The notes beneath the pieces are model-generated. The model was given only the letters and a program-made list of their open reading frames with translations. It ran no database searches and was not told the origin of the DNA. From an uncultured virus (IMG/VR IMGVR_UViG_3300025674_006584) (lineage: Duplodnaviria; Heunggongvirae; Uroviricota; Caudoviricetes): a DNA stretch of 64,000 nt. The position numbers and the translations under genes are program-made. The stretch lies in the IMG/VR virus record IMGVR_UViG_3300025674_006584; one strand, 5' to 3'. Below are positions 30,338 to 40,782 of this stretch, one piece after another (positions within the stretch are counted from its first letter, which is position 1; every line of letters starts with the position of its first letter).

Positions 30338-30957
30338 AAAGATATGGTTGGGAAAGGTTTCAATCAATAACCATTGTAATACTGGTTATAATAATACTCC
30401 TTATGCGACAATGTAATGGTACAGGTATAACTTTATTTAACAGAAACAAAAAACCGATAGAACCAAAAGTAGTTACTGAAACAATAACGATATGGGACAC
30501 TTTAGAAATAGAAAGAGAAGTTTATGTCCCAAAATGGAAAACAAAAGTAGTTAAAGAATATGATACAGTAGAGGTGTTGGTACCACAAGATGTGGACACA
30601 TTAGCAATTCTTAAAGATTATTATACTGAGTATCAATATATAGACACTATTTTTGTTGATAGTCTCGGTTTTATAGTTCTAACTGATACTATTACACAAA
30701 ATAGTATATTAAACAGAGACCCTGATTTTAATATACAGATACCGACTAAAATAGTTAATAATAATATATACATAAATGAAAGAGAATTTTATGCGGGTCT
30801 TGGGGCTAGAACTAACGGAAGTAATATAAGTTGGATGGGATTGGAAGGTGTTTATAGAACAAGACAAGGTAATACATTTATTATTGGGGTTGGTACAGAT
30901 AATGAAAATAAATTCTCAGCAGGTGCGGGTGTGCATTGGAGAATAGGAGGTAACTAA
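30334..30957 (+). CDS. Membrane-anchored protein with C-terminal beta strands, possible spanin-like lysis protein (start moved to 30334)
   Basis: N-terminal TM, DT-rich stalk, FSAGAGVHWRI; near the amidase. Confidence 0.45.
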   Translation: MKRYGWERFQSITIVILVIIILLMRQCNGTGITLFNRNKKPIEPKVVTETITIWDTLEIEREVYVPKWKTKVVKEYDTVEVLVPQDVDTLAILKDYYTEYQYIDTIFVDSLGFIVLTDTITQNSILNRDPDFNIQIPTKIVNNNIYINEREFYAGLGARTNGSNISWMGLEGVYRTRQGNTFIIGVGTDNENKFSAGAGVHWRIGGN

Positions 30958-30975
30958 TATTTATAATAAAAAGAC

Positions 30976-31224
30976 ATGGCTTTAAGTAATTCAGATAAAA
31001 GAGAAATTGAGGTTTTAGTTAGAAAAGAAATAAAAGATTTTCTAAATGCTAATACTATTAAACAGTTTGAAAATAAAATCATTGATACTATAAGAGATGA
31101 GGTTAGAAGGGGTAGAATTCAAGGAGATATTAACGAGTTAGTCACTAAAGTCATGAAAGAATTTTATAAAATTATGTGGACTAGAAGAAGTTTCTGGGAA
31201 CCATCACTAAGAAATGTTAAATAA
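30976..31224 (+). CDS. Hypothetical protein
   Basis: 82-aa ORF; TATTTAT at 30958-30964. Confidence 0.6.
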   Translation: MALSNSDKREIEVLVRKEIKDFLNANTIKQFENKIIDTIRDEVRRGRIQGDINELVTKVMKEFYKIMWTRRSFWEPSLRNVK

Positions 31225-33149
31225 TGAACAATAAGGTAGGTAAAGAATTTAAAACTGCGATAGAAAAAGGTTACCAAAAAAGCGCAGTTGATTTGATGTC
31301 AAAATATGGTAATGGTGATGATTTTAGTGCTATGAAATTTAGTGCTAATAAAGACATAAAGAGTGTCGTCAACGAGCTTTCAGAGGAAGATTATGATGAA
31401 TTCTTTGAAGAAATAAGTAAAGAGGAGACTAAAGAAGCTACAGGTGCAGGTTCTGCAGGAGGATTTGAAGGACCATTATTTAGGGAACCTGTAAAAAATA
31501 CGTTATTCCAACCAGATACTGAAGCCGAATTAACTACAAAACCTGAAGGTGGACCTGTAAATGAGGATAAAATATCTGGTGGTTTAGCTGATGACATGAG
31601 TATTGAAGATTTAGCGAACCATCAAAACACAGATATAGAAACATTAATACAACAAATGGAAAAAGGTGTTTCTATTGAAATGGAGCATACAACTGATTTA
31701 TCTTTGGCTACGGAGATTGCAATGGACCATATATATGAAGACCTATATTATTATGACAAGTTAGAAAAAATGGAGTCAAAAAAAGAAGAAGCAACTGAAG
31801 CGACTACGTCATCTTCTGTTGGTGCATATGACGCTCCTTTTGGAGGACCAAAAAAAGACCCATTAAAATTATCTAACCCCGATACCGTTTATAAAGAACT
31901 AAGGTCAGTCAAAGATAAAAACTTCCCAAAGTACGGAGGACCAGGTGGTAAGTATGTTAAGATAAAAGATAAATGTAAAACATTCCCATATTGTAATCAG
32001 GGAGATATAAAAGCATTAGAGTTTTTTGAAAACAATTTAGTTAAAGAAGCGATTGAAAATATATCAAATAGATTTAATCTTAATAAGGATTACATAAAAG
32101 GTGTTATTTTAGAAAACACTAATATTTATTATAAAAATACCGATATGAACAAAGATATTGAAAATATGATTGACGGTATAGTAGAAAAAGTACTATCTGA
32201 AGAAATCAACAAAAAGGCTAAACAAATAACTGAGTCTGTCACTGAAGAAATTGATGAGATGGAAGAATTTTATGAGATAGCTAAACAGAGAAAAGAAGAG
32301 AGAATGGAAGCTAAAAAAGCGAAACCAGACTTTTTAGACTTAGATAGTGATGGTGATACAGAAGAGTCAATGAAGAAAGCGGCGGGAGAAACTGATAAGG
32401 AAGTTGAAGAAGGTAATGAATTTTCAGGTGCAAGACAAGACGCTATAGATGCAGGTGAAGATGAGTTTGAAGTTGATGGTAAAACATATCCAGTAAAAGA
32501 ATCTTTAAGTTTGACAGAAGAGGAAATGATTGATTTAATTGAGAAGATTATTCAAGAAGAAAAGATTGAAGGAATAAAGTCTCAGGATTCTGCAATGAAA
32601 CAGTCAAAGAAGGATACCGACAGTTACATGAAAGATTTAATGAATAAATTTAAAGACTATCTTAAAGACGGTTCTGAAGGTAAATTTGAGATGGAACCTA
32701 AACATTTTCCAAAGGGTAACGGTGAATTAAAGAAAATGGAAAAAATGGCATATACACCATCACCAGGTGTTGAAGAGTATATTGACCAAATAGCACGTTC
32801 AGGAGGAATGGAAAATTTAGACTATGACCAAATTAAACCAAATGAAGAATGGTTGGATAATAATATTTTAGGTTCTTCAGAAACTGGAAATAGTGATGAG
32901 TATGCAAATGCTGTACCTACCGATGTTAATAAGGGTGTTAAGAAGAGAAAAGATGATAATATATTAGCAGCACTCAAAAAACAATCATATAATAAGGCAC
33001 CACAACCAGTCACTGATTTCGCAGGTCATCACACAAATGATGAAAAGTTTGCTGGAATACAAGTAGCTGAAGATAAAAAACAAGTTAAAATTAACGAGGA
33101 CCTTGAAAGGATAAAAAAATTATTCTCTCACAAATATAAAACTCAGTAA
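31224..33149 (+). CDS. Acidic multidomain protein (DUF5661-like EMEH..IAMDH module, DLDSDGD loop); probably a head/scaffold-type protein with an internal start at 32145
   Basis: GVSIEMEHTTD..A.EIAMDH..ED..YYDKL; many (I/L/V)-x-E sites. Confidence 0.6.
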   Translation: MNNKVGKEFKTAIEKGYQKSAVDLMSKYGNGDDFSAMKFSANKDIKSVVNELSEEDYDEFFEEISKEETKEATGAGSAGGFEGPLFREPVKNTLFQPDTEAELTTKPEGGPVNEDKISGGLADDMSIEDLANHQNTDIETLIQQMEKGVSIEMEHTTDLSLATEIAMDHIYEDLYYYDKLEKMESKKEEATEATTSSSVGAYDAPFGGPKKDPLKLSNPDTVYKELRSVKDKNFPKYGGPGGKYVKIKDKCKTFPYCNQGDIKALEFFENNLVKEAIENISNRFNLNKDYIKGVILENTNIYYKNTDMNKDIENMIDGIVEKVLSEEINKKAKQITESVTEEIDEMEEFYEIAKQRKEERMEAKKAKPDFLDLDSDGDTEESMKKAAGETDKEVEEGNEFSGARQDAIDAGEDEFEVDGKTYPVKESLSLTEEEMIDLIEKIIQEEKIEGIKSQDSAMKQSKKDTDSYMKDLMNKFKDYLKDGSEGKFEMEPKHFPKGNGELKKMEKMAYTPSPGVEEYIDQIARSGGMENLDYDQIKPNEEWLDNNILGSSETGNSDEYANAVPTDVNKGVKKRKDDNILAALKKQSYNKAPQPVTDFAGHHTNDEKFAGIQVAEDKKQVKINEDLERIKKLFSHKYKTQ

Positions 33150-33194
33150 TTAAATTAATATTCACCTTTTTTTGGTCCGTGTTATACTTCTATT

Positions 33195-33680
33195 ATGAAT
33201 AGATATAACCCGGACCAATTTTTTAGGTGGTTATCAGAACCAATGAAACCTGACGATATATATACATGGAATATGGCTAATAACATAATTCCGGAATTAA
33301 CAGAATTATTTAAAGATTTTTGTTTTTCATTTTATTATTTAGTTAGAAGTACCTACTTAGGTGATAATTATAAGAATTTAAATGAGACCAGAATAGGTAT
33401 GACAATAGATGATAAAGTAAAACATTATACTTGGTGCTGGAATAAAACGATAGAAAACTTCAAAAAAGAAAACATAACATTTGAATTTTCAGATGAAGAT
33501 TTTATCTATTTTAAAGAGTTTTTTTTCGAGGTATTTTATAACCAAGAAGATAATATGATGAGAGACGCGTTAGAAGACTTTTTAAAACAATTGTTTAACA
33601 GAAAAAGACCAACTAGTAAATCTGATTTAGAAATGTTTACTGATGTATATAAAACATTAGAAAGGTCTTTACAAATATAA
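33195..33680 (+). CDS. Hypothetical protein
   Basis: 161-aa ORF. Confidence 0.6.
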   Translation: MNRYNPDQFFRWLSEPMKPDDIYTWNMANNIIPELTELFKDFCFSFYYLVRSTYLGDNYKNLNETRIGMTIDDKVKHYTWCWNKTIENFKKENITFEFSDEDFIYFKEFFFEVFYNQEDNMMRDALEDFLKQLFNRKRPTSKSDLEMFTDVYKTLERSLQI

Positions 33681-33758
33681 AAAAAGCCTTATTTATATAC
33701 TAATAACGTAAAAAAAATACTTTTTACCTAATAATAAAATAATTTAAAAAAATTAAAA

Positions 33759-33929
33759 ATGGAAACTTTAGAGCAAATTAAAACACTCGTCGAAACCTTG
33801 TCAGTTGACACTACAAAATTTTACGGAGGTAATAAGTCTGCAGGTACAAGAGCGAGAAAGCAGGCACAAGAGTTAAAGGCATTGTTACAAGATTTAAGAA
33901 AAGAAATTTTAGAGGAAAGAAACAAATGA
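33759..33929 (+). CDS. Histone H1-like (Hc1-family) small nucleoid protein (not in ORF track)
   Basis: 56 aa containing GNKSAGTRARK, the signature of the Hc1 N-terminal domain; A-rich leader. Confidence 0.8.
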   Translation: METLEQIKTLVETLSVDTTKFYGGNKSAGTRARKQAQELKALLQDLRKEILEERNK

Positions 33930-34126
33930 TTTTTGACTTACTAAAATATCTTATTATTTTTCTGTCAGTGTTTGCAACACTTTCTATAATACAACTTTTA
34001 GTTAACTTTATTAAAGCACTCCTTTCAAACCCACCAAAACAATTAACACTTGAAAGGGGTGCTCTAATATACTACGGAATTTGTGTATCATTTTTAATGA
34101 CAATATTAATTAATAATTTAACATGA
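33926..34126 (+). CDS. Small membrane protein
   Basis: Two hydrophobic helices; ATGA coupling. Confidence 0.55.
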   Translation: MIFDLLKYLIIFLSVFATLSIIQLLVNFIKALLSNPPKQLTLERGALIYYGICVSFLMTILINNLT

Positions 34127-34596
34127 CTTATTACAATTTTATAAAAAGTACTAACAAATATCTAAAGTCTGTAAGAGTCATAAAAGACTATATTAGTTTT
34201 GATATGGCCTTTCCTAATACTTGGTCTATACTAAAAGAGCATAGTAAGGATATTGAGATAATTAAAAATAATACACAAGAAAGTGATAAAGTAGTAGTTT
34301 CTTTTGTTACGCCTTATGTTGAAGAAAGTATTAATAAGATTGAAGAATCAATCAAATCAATAATAAAGTACAACATAGAAAAGGAAGAAAAAGAAAAACT
34401 TTTTAAGAGTAAAGTACAAGAGTTAAGAAGTATTTTTGAAAACAAAAAATTAGATAGTTTGAAAAGCCTTAAATTTGACATAAATGAATTTAGTTTATTA
34501 TCCGTAGACAATAATGATGACACCGGAAATACAGAAGGAAATGGAGAAGATGAGGTTAGAGAAAGAGAGAAATCAGAAGAACCTCAACAATCATAA
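34123..34596 (+). CDS. Hypothetical protein
   Basis: 157-aa ORF. Confidence 0.6.
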   Translation: MTYYNFIKSTNKYLKSVRVIKDYISFDMAFPNTWSILKEHSKDIEIIKNNTQESDKVVVSFVTPYVEESINKIEESIKSIIKYNIEKEEKEKLFKSKVQELRSIFENKKLDSLKSLKFDINEFSLLSVDNNDDTGNTEGNGEDEVREREKSEEPQQS

Positions 34597-34714
34597 GAAA
34601 AATCTAATAATGGAATTAACTAGTTTTGATAAAAATGAAATTGTTAATACTATTTACGAAGAAAAAAAATACTCGTTGTGGGAAAGAATAATGAAGACTT
34701 TAGGAATAAATTAA
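34514..34714 (+). CDS. Hypothetical protein
   Basis: 66-aa ORF within an operon. Confidence 0.5.
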   Translation: MMTPEIQKEMEKMRLEKERNQKNLNNHKKNLIMELTSFDKNEIVNTIYEEKKYSLWERIMKTLGIN

Positions 34715-34908
34715 AAATACTTGCTCAGATATCTGACCTAATAGAAAACGAAGACTATTTCAACGGAGGTGAAACAGAAGTTAACTTTATATTAGAAAAA
34801 GAAAAATATGATATAATATTAAGAAATTTTAGAGAGATTGACTGGAATAATAAAAGTTTTTTAATAAAAATAGGGGATGTTAATTTTAGGTTCGTTTTGA
34901 AAAAGTAG
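34678..34908 (+). CDS. Hypothetical protein
   Basis: 76-aa ORF within an operon. Confidence 0.45.
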   Translation: MGKNNEDFRNKLKILAQISDLIENEDYFNGGETEVNFILEKEKYDIILRNFREIDWNNKSFLIKIGDVNFRFVLKK

Positions 34909-35530
34909 TCTTTTGACGATATAATTTTTTTCTATCAAAACCATTTTTTTCTAAAACATTGTACATCCATTTCCGATTAATGGTACTTTCATCCCTAACA
35001 AATATAGAATCACTTCTGTTTAGATTATAAAAATAAGACTCTAGTGTTTGTAAAAAACGCTCAGAGTCTTCTTCGTTTTTAAGACTAAACAAATTAAAAA
35101 CCTCATCATTTTGAACAACTATTTTATTGTGTAGTTTAGATATTACCTTAATGTCTTTCTCAGGGCAATATGACGACACAAATTCATTAAACGTAATCCT
35201 ATGATTTAATTGCCAATCAAATATTAATTCTTCAATTTTATAGTTATCTATTATTTTTATAGTGTAATCACTATTTCCTTCAATAAACACGTTATTATTT
35301 CTACCGACTTCATCAGTCTTAAATAGAGGAATTTGATAATCATCTACTTTAGTTAGTAAAGCGATTTCATACTTGCAGAGCTCGGAATTTTCAAAAATAA
35401 CTTCAAAAGGTATATTATTACTTTTAATTAATTCATTATATTTTGATAATGCGTTTTTCTCAGTTGCATAACCTTTGATAATTTTTTTCTTTTGCTTATT
35501 CTTAAATAAAACTATTATATAATTTTCCAT
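34886..35530 (-). CDS. Hypothetical protein
   Basis: 214-aa ORF. Confidence 0.65.
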   Translation of the reverse strand: MENYIIVLFKNKQKKKIIKGYATEKNALSKYNELIKSNNIPFEVIFENSELCKYEIALLTKVDDYQIPLFKTDEVGRNNNVFIEGNSDYTIKIIDNYKIEELIFDWQLNHRITFNEFVSSYCPEKDIKVISKLHNKIVVQNDEVFNLFSLKNEEDSERFLQTLESYFYNLNRSDSIFVRDESTINRKWMYNVLEKNGFDRKKLYRQKTTFSKRT

Positions 35531-35533
35531 TAC

Positions 35534-36511
35534 ATGAAGGACTACTATAAAATATTAGGGGTAGATAAAAAATCAACTAAAGATGAAATAAAGAAATCTT
35601 ATAGGAGTCTATCTAAGAAATATCACCCAGATGTAAATCCTGAAGGTGGTGAAAGATTTAAAGAAATTGCAGAAGCGTATGAAGTATTAAGTGACGATAA
35701 TAAAAGAAAAGAATATGATAATCCTAATCCGTTTAAAAATATGAGAGGAGGATTCAACCCATTCGGGGACATGTTTAACGGGTTTCAGAACAGGAACAAT
35801 ACACATAGAACAAATCCAAACGCAGACACAATATTAAATTTAAATATTACACCTGTAGAGTCCTATTTAGGTTCTAAGAAAGAAGTAACATATCAAACTA
35901 AACATTCATGTAACTCATGCGCGGGTAGTGGTGGTAAAAGTAATCTATGTAATCAGTGTGGAGGACATGGAAAAATAAAAATAAAAACAGGTACAGGTTT
36001 CTTTACACACATAGTAGAAACTAATTGTAATGAATGTAACGGTAGTGGAAGAATAATTATTGACGCTTGTTTTGATTGTGGAGGTAGTGGTAATAAAACA
36101 GTATTTGAAAAAATAAATGTTAATATACCTAAAGGTAGTGATAACGGTGATTTTTTAAGAGTTAAAGGTAAAGGTAATTTCTCATCTAAATATGGGTACA
36201 GTGACCTTGTTTTACAAATTCAGATGACAAAAAGTAATGACGGTTTTGAAAAAATTGGAAATGACTTAGTATATAATTTAAGAATCGACTTATATGATTT
36301 CATCATAAATGATAGTGTGACCGTTCCTCACCCTGATAATCAATTGAATATTAAAATACCTAAAGGTATTGAAACCGATAAACCGCTAAGACTAAAAGGT
36401 AAGGGTTATAGTAGAGGTAATTTAATTGGTGATTACTATATTAAATTAAACGTAGTAAATAATGTATTTACGGAAGAAATGAAAAATAATATTATAAACT
36501 TTTTAAAATAA
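35534..36511 (+). CDS. dnaJ: DnaJ chaperone (J domain, Zn finger, C-terminal domain)
   Basis: [12 protein letters not shown], four CxxCxGxG repeats, LRLKGKG. Confidence 0.92.
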   Translation: MKDYYKILGVDKKSTKDEIKKSYRSLSKKYHPDVNPEGGERFKEIAEAYEVLSDDNKRKEYDNPNPFKNMRGGFNPFGDMFNGFQNRNNTHRTNPNADTILNLNITPVESYLGSKKEVTYQTKHSCNSCAGSGGKSNLCNQCGGHGKIKIKTGTGFFTHIVETNCNECNGSGRIIIDACFDCGGSGNKTVFEKINVNIPKGSDNGDFLRVKGKGNFSSKYGYSDLVLQIQMTKSNDGFEKIGNDLVYNLRIDLYDFIINDSVTVPHPDNQLNIKIPKGIETDKPLRLKGKGYSRGNLIGDYYIKLNVVNNVFTEEMKNNIINFLK

Positions 36512-36649
36512 GTTTATAATAGATTTGACAATTAATACTGTACCGTAAATACTCGTAAATAACATGTAAAACGAAATTCCGATTAACCACCATTGTGATT
36601 TACTTAAATTTTTATTACATTTTTTACACTCTTTTTTTTCTTCTTCCAT
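36503..36649 (-). CDS. 48-aa CxxC + single-TM protein (not in ORF track)
   Basis: [11 protein letters not shown]...[22 protein letters not shown]. Confidence 0.45.
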   Translation of the reverse strand: MEEEKKECKKCNKNLSKSQWWLIGISFYMLFTSIYGTVLIVKSIINLF

Positions 36650-36663
36650 AATATTTATCTTTG

Positions 36664-36834
36664 ATGAATAGTTTAATTAGACGTGTTATTAAATCCTACT
36701 TAGAGGAGAAAGAACAGAGTAATGATAAGGGGAAACGTAAGATGAGTAAATCTTATTGTGAAAAAACCCCATGTAAAGACATGGGGTTCTCTCAGAAAGC
36801 GTCATGTAGACCTTATAAAAATTGTTATAAATAA
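36664..36834 (+). CDS. 56-aa Cys-containing protein with YLEE leader (not in ORF track)
   Basis: MNSLIRRVIKSYLEE...YCEKTPCKDMGFSQKASCRPYKNCYK; TATTTAT 5 nt upstream. Confidence 0.6.
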   Translation: MNSLIRRVIKSYLEEKEQSNDKGKRKMSKSYCEKTPCKDMGFSQKASCRPYKNCYK

Positions 36835-36981
36835 TCAGAATCCATCGTTAACATAAACGATACCATCTGAGGTAAAAACAGTAATTTGTTTAGAGTTACT
36901 ACTAAGATTTTTAGAGGACTCCAAACTAGAACAACCAGTCAACAATAACGCAATCCCAAACACTGTAAAAATGTACTTCAT
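36835..36981 (-). CDS. 48-aa lipoprotein (not in ORF track)
   Basis: MKYIFTVFGIALLLTG-C lipobox; TATTTAT upstream on the minus strand. Confidence 0.6.
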   Translation of the reverse strand: MKYIFTVFGIALLLTGCSSLESSKNLSSNSKQITVFTSDGIVYVNDGF

Positions 36982-37123
36982 AATGGTTGTTTTTATGGGT
37001 TTATTATATTATAAATATAACATTTTTTTAACATAAGTAAATTTGTGCTACCTATATGTTAATTATAGGGGTTTTATAGGAATTTAATTTTTGTAAAACT
37101 ATATATGGTTAAATTTATTAATC

Positions 37124-38293
37124 ATGAGAAAAAACAACATTTTATCTTTAGTCACTTTAGGGTTAGTTATGGTGGCTATGAGCTGTTCTTCATGTAAGGA
37201 GGACCCGATTGAACCAAACACTCAAACTTACACAATTACTGATGTAGAAATTGGTGGTGAAAGTTATAAAAAACTTGAAGGTATTATTAACGATGACCTT
37301 TTATTGGACATGTCAGAAAATTGGTTATTATCTGGAGGAGTATTCGTTGATGAGAGTGCAAAATTAAGTATTTATCAGGGAGGTACTATTTATGCAGACA
37401 CCGAAGTAACAACCTTTTTATCTATAAAACAAGGAGGTGAGATATTCATACAAGGTGAGAGCACAAACCCAATAGTATTCACACCTTTAACAGACAACCC
37501 TACCTATGGTGATTGGGGTGGTATTATTATTAATGGATATGCAACTATCAACACAGGTCTTACCGCTGAAGGTGAGGGTGGTACAGGTATCTATGGTGGT
37601 GATGACGACCATGATAACTCAGGAATATTAAGATATGTTAGAGTAGAATATGCAGGTAAAGTATTAGGTACTGACAATGAATTAAACGGTTTTTCGTTTA
37701 ATGGTGTTGGTGATGAAACTATAGTAGAATATATACAAGCTTATAAAGGTTCTGACGATGGTATAGAATTCTTTGGTGGTACTGTAAATTTAAGATATGC
37801 AGTCTCAACACATAACCAAGACGATTCTTTTGACTGGACTCACGGTTGGAGAGGTAAGGGACAATACTGGTTAGTACAACAAGGACCTGATGGTGGTGAT
37901 AGAGGTATTGAAGCGGATAACAACGGCGACGACAATCTATTGGAACCATATTCAAATCCAACACTAGCTAATTTAACTTTGATTGGTGTTAATGATGGAG
38001 ACAGTCTTAACACTGGAATGAGATTAAGAGAAGGTACTAAAGGACAAATATTTAATGTTTATGTAACAGGTTTCCCAAAGTATGGTATAAGAGTGTCTGA
38101 TGAGGTTACATTACAGAATGTAGAAAATGGTGAATTGTTTGTGGCTAATTCATTGGTAGAAAATAACGGTACAGATTTTAAAGACTGTGATAGTTTTATT
38201 GGGTTAACACAGGTACTAACAGATGACTGGTTCTATACCGATGAGACAATAGGTTCAGGTGAATTTTGGACTGAAGGTTGGACTAGACAATGA
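37124..38293 (+). CDS. Surface lipoprotein with beta-helix (DDGIEFFGG family), partner of the TonB-dependent receptor
   Basis: Signal peptide + SSC-KED; GDWGGIII.G, DNSG.LRYVRVEYAG, DDGIEFFGG, DDSFDW. Confidence 0.75.
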   Translation: MRKNNILSLVTLGLVMVAMSCSSCKEDPIEPNTQTYTITDVEIGGESYKKLEGIINDDLLLDMSENWLLSGGVFVDESAKLSIYQGGTIYADTEVTTFLSIKQGGEIFIQGESTNPIVFTPLTDNPTYGDWGGIIINGYATINTGLTAEGEGGTGIYGGDDDHDNSGILRYVRVEYAGKVLGTDNELNGFSFNGVGDETIVEYIQAYKGSDDGIEFFGGTVNLRYAVSTHNQDDSFDWTHGWRGKGQYWLVQQGPDGGDRGIEADNNGDDNLLEPYSNPTLANLTLIGVNDGDSLNTGMRLREGTKGQIFNVYVTGFPKYGIRVSDEVTLQNVENGELFVANSLVENNGTDFKDCDSFIGLTQVLTDDWFYTDETIGSGEFWTEGWTRQ

Positions 38294-40734
38294 AGCAAGT
38301 AGTATTTCTTTTGTTCCTTTTAATTAGTGGTAGTTTAAAGGGACAGACAGTATTTGGAAAGGTAACGGACGAAACAAATAGTCCGTTACCTTTTGTTACT
38401 GTAACATTAAAAGGTGAGAATGTAGGTACAACAACAAATCTTGATGGAGAATACACAATAGATTTGATACACGAAGTAGATACATTAATGTTTTCTTTTA
38501 TTGGTTACGACAATGTAAAAAAAGTAAGTAATGGTGGTGAGCTTAACATCATTATGGGTATGAAGACAGAGGTAATCGATGTCGCTGAGGTGGTAACCAG
38601 AGTTAATAGGAACAATGAGACAATATTACTATTAGATAAAAAACAAGAAATGGATGTGGAGTCCTCAGTAGGTTCTGCAGAATTAAGTAAGAAAGGAATA
38701 TCGAATGCACAAGACGGACTAAAGAAAGTCGGTGGGGTTACCTTTGATAGTGACAGGATAAACGTAAGAGGACTTGACGATAGATACAATCAGGTAACAC
38801 TTAACGGTTCACCATTACCATCAAACAATGCGGACAGAAAGAACATAGACCTTTCATTATTACCTACAGTTTTGTTAGATAATATAAAAGTTAAGAAGAC
38901 ATATTCAACGGACCAATGGAGTAACTTAGGAGGTGCGCAGATTAATATAGGTAGTTCAGACATAAGAGACATTAGTAGAGTATCATTCGGATATACCTTT
39001 AACTCTCAAACCAATAGACCGATAAGTAGTCTTTCTTTTAGTTTAGGCCGGATAAAAGATAAAATAGGTTATTTAGTTTCAGTAAGTAGTGGTATCAATA
39101 ATCAATATACCTATGGTAATATCAGTTTGGTTAACAAACAAGGTAATTACATATTAGACTACAACTTTAACGATGACCAAACAACTATAACTAAAACCGG
39201 TGTTGGTGTAATATCATATGAAGATAAGAATTATAGATTAAGAAATACCACATTTTTAATCTCACAAAATAACCTATCTGATAGAACCACAATTGGTAAT
39301 CACTTTGATTATGAAACTGAATTATACACCACAAGAAGAACTCCTACATTACATAACTTATTTGTGGACCAAATACAGTTTAACTATTATGGTGATAAAT
39401 ATAACTTTGAAACTGTAGGTGGAGCATCATTGGTTAGAAGCGGAGAAAATCAAAGAGAACAGTTTGTATATCTATACGATGGTAACTACACAATTAATAA
39501 CATTGATAGATTAGACAACCATATATTCTCGAATACTAATCAGGAAAATAGATATAATCTAACAACATCAGTAAACAGAGAATTTGAAAACTATAAATTA
39601 TTTGGAGGTTATTCATTTATGTTAATGGATAATACCTTTGATTATGAACAGGAGTATTTTGATTTATCACAGGTTAATGAACAATATGATAACATAGACC
39701 CAAACAACCCATACAACTATATAAACGATGACAATGTAATATGTTATTTTGTTAACAATCCTTCTTCATATGTGAGAGGTCAGACAATAATTAATGGTGG
39801 GTTTTTTAAGGGTGAATATTATGGTGATGTATTAGATATCGCTGGAGGTCTAAGAGTTGAGGATGTATACCAAAGCGTTAAATACCAAGACCAGTTAATA
39901 CCATCTATGACCAGACATCATATAATAAACAATACTGAATTACTTCCATATTTAAGTTTAAAATATAAGTTGAGTGATACTAAACAAATAAGATTTAATA
40001 ACTCTATAACAACAGTAAGACCTAGGTTCAGAGAACTCACACCATTTATATATACAGAAGTATTCGCGGGTAGTAAGATACAGGGTAACCCTGAACTAAT
40101 AAACACTAAGATTTATAATACTGACCTATCTTACGAGATTTATCCAAATGTGGGAGAAGTGTTATCGTTTAATGTATATAATAAAATAATACAAAACCCT
40201 ATAGAAAGAGTTAATGTTGCAACTGCTAGTGGTAGATTAGAGACTTATCAGAATAGTGAATCATCCACAGTATTTGGTGGAGAGATAGATTTTAGAAAAA
40301 AAATAAATAAGGTTAAGTTTGATTATAATCTTTCTTTACTATGGTCCAACATCACCATATCAGATGATGGACAGTCCTCAGTTGTTGTGACAAATATCAA
40401 CAGACCATTGCAGGGTTCTTCACCTGTATTATCTAACTTTGATATTTTCTACGACTTAAAGGAAAACCATAATTTAGGTTTAACGTATAACTTTGTGGGT
40501 AGAAAGTTAAACTCAGTAGGTGTATTTGGACTCGGAGACATATACCAAAGACCACAAAACTTTTTAAATCTTATATACAACTATAAGAATGGAAATGTGG
40601 TTGCGTCAGTTAGATTAAATAACATCTTAAACACTGAGTACGTTTTAGAGCAAGATTCTGATATAGGAAAAGTTGTAACAAATAATTTTAGGACTGGTGT
40701 CGGATTATCTTTTAACCTAAAATATTCATTTTAA
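38290..40734 (+). CDS. TonB-dependent outer-membrane receptor 1
   Basis: Signal peptide, CarboxypepD_reg-like domain, plug VRGL.DRYN...LNG, RPRFREL, GNPEL, C-terminal KYSF. Confidence 0.9.
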   Translation: MKQVVFLLFLLISGSLKGQTVFGKVTDETNSPLPFVTVTLKGENVGTTTNLDGEYTIDLIHEVDTLMFSFIGYDNVKKVSNGGELNIIMGMKTEVIDVAEVVTRVNRNNETILLLDKKQEMDVESSVGSAELSKKGISNAQDGLKKVGGVTFDSDRINVRGLDDRYNQVTLNGSPLPSNNADRKNIDLSLLPTVLLDNIKVKKTYSTDQWSNLGGAQINIGSSDIRDISRVSFGYTFNSQTNRPISSLSFSLGRIKDKIGYLVSVSSGINNQYTYGNISLVNKQGNYILDYNFNDDQTTITKTGVGVISYEDKNYRLRNTTFLISQNNLSDRTTIGNHFDYETELYTTRRTPTLHNLFVDQIQFNYYGDKYNFETVGGASLVRSGENQREQFVYLYDGNYTINNIDRLDNHIFSNTNQENRYNLTTSVNREFENYKLFGGYSFMLMDNTFDYEQEYFDLSQVNEQYDNIDPNNPYNYINDDNVICYFVNNPSSYVRGQTIINGGFFKGEYYGDVLDIAGGLRVEDVYQSVKYQDQLIPSMTRHHIINNTELLPYLSLKYKLSDTKQIRFNNSITTVRPRFRELTPFIYTEVFAGSKIQGNPELINTKIYNTDLSYEIYPNVGEVLSFNVYNKIIQNPIERVNVATASGRLETYQNSESSTVFGGEIDFRKKINKVKFDYNLSLLWSNITISDDGQSSVVVTNINRPLQGSSPVLSNFDIFYDLKENHNLGLTYNFVGRKLNSVGVFGLGDIYQRPQNFLNLIYNYKNGNVVASVRLNNILNTEYVLEQDSDIGKVVTNNFRTGVGLSFNLKYSF

Positions 40735-40765
40735 TTTGCTTTTTGAATTTTATTTACTATATTTG
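40735..40765 (+). promoter_or_regulatory. Bacteroidota-type promoter (TTTG-N19-TATATTTG)
   Basis: TTTG 40735-40738; TATATTTG 40758-40765. Confidence 0.7.
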
Positions 40766-40782
40766 TAGTAAAATCAAGAAGC

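Noticed and set aside
37021..37123. Pho-box upstream of the lipoprotein/TonB operon
   Set aside because: Only one ttaacat-like half-site is visible, with no clear 11-bp periodic repeat
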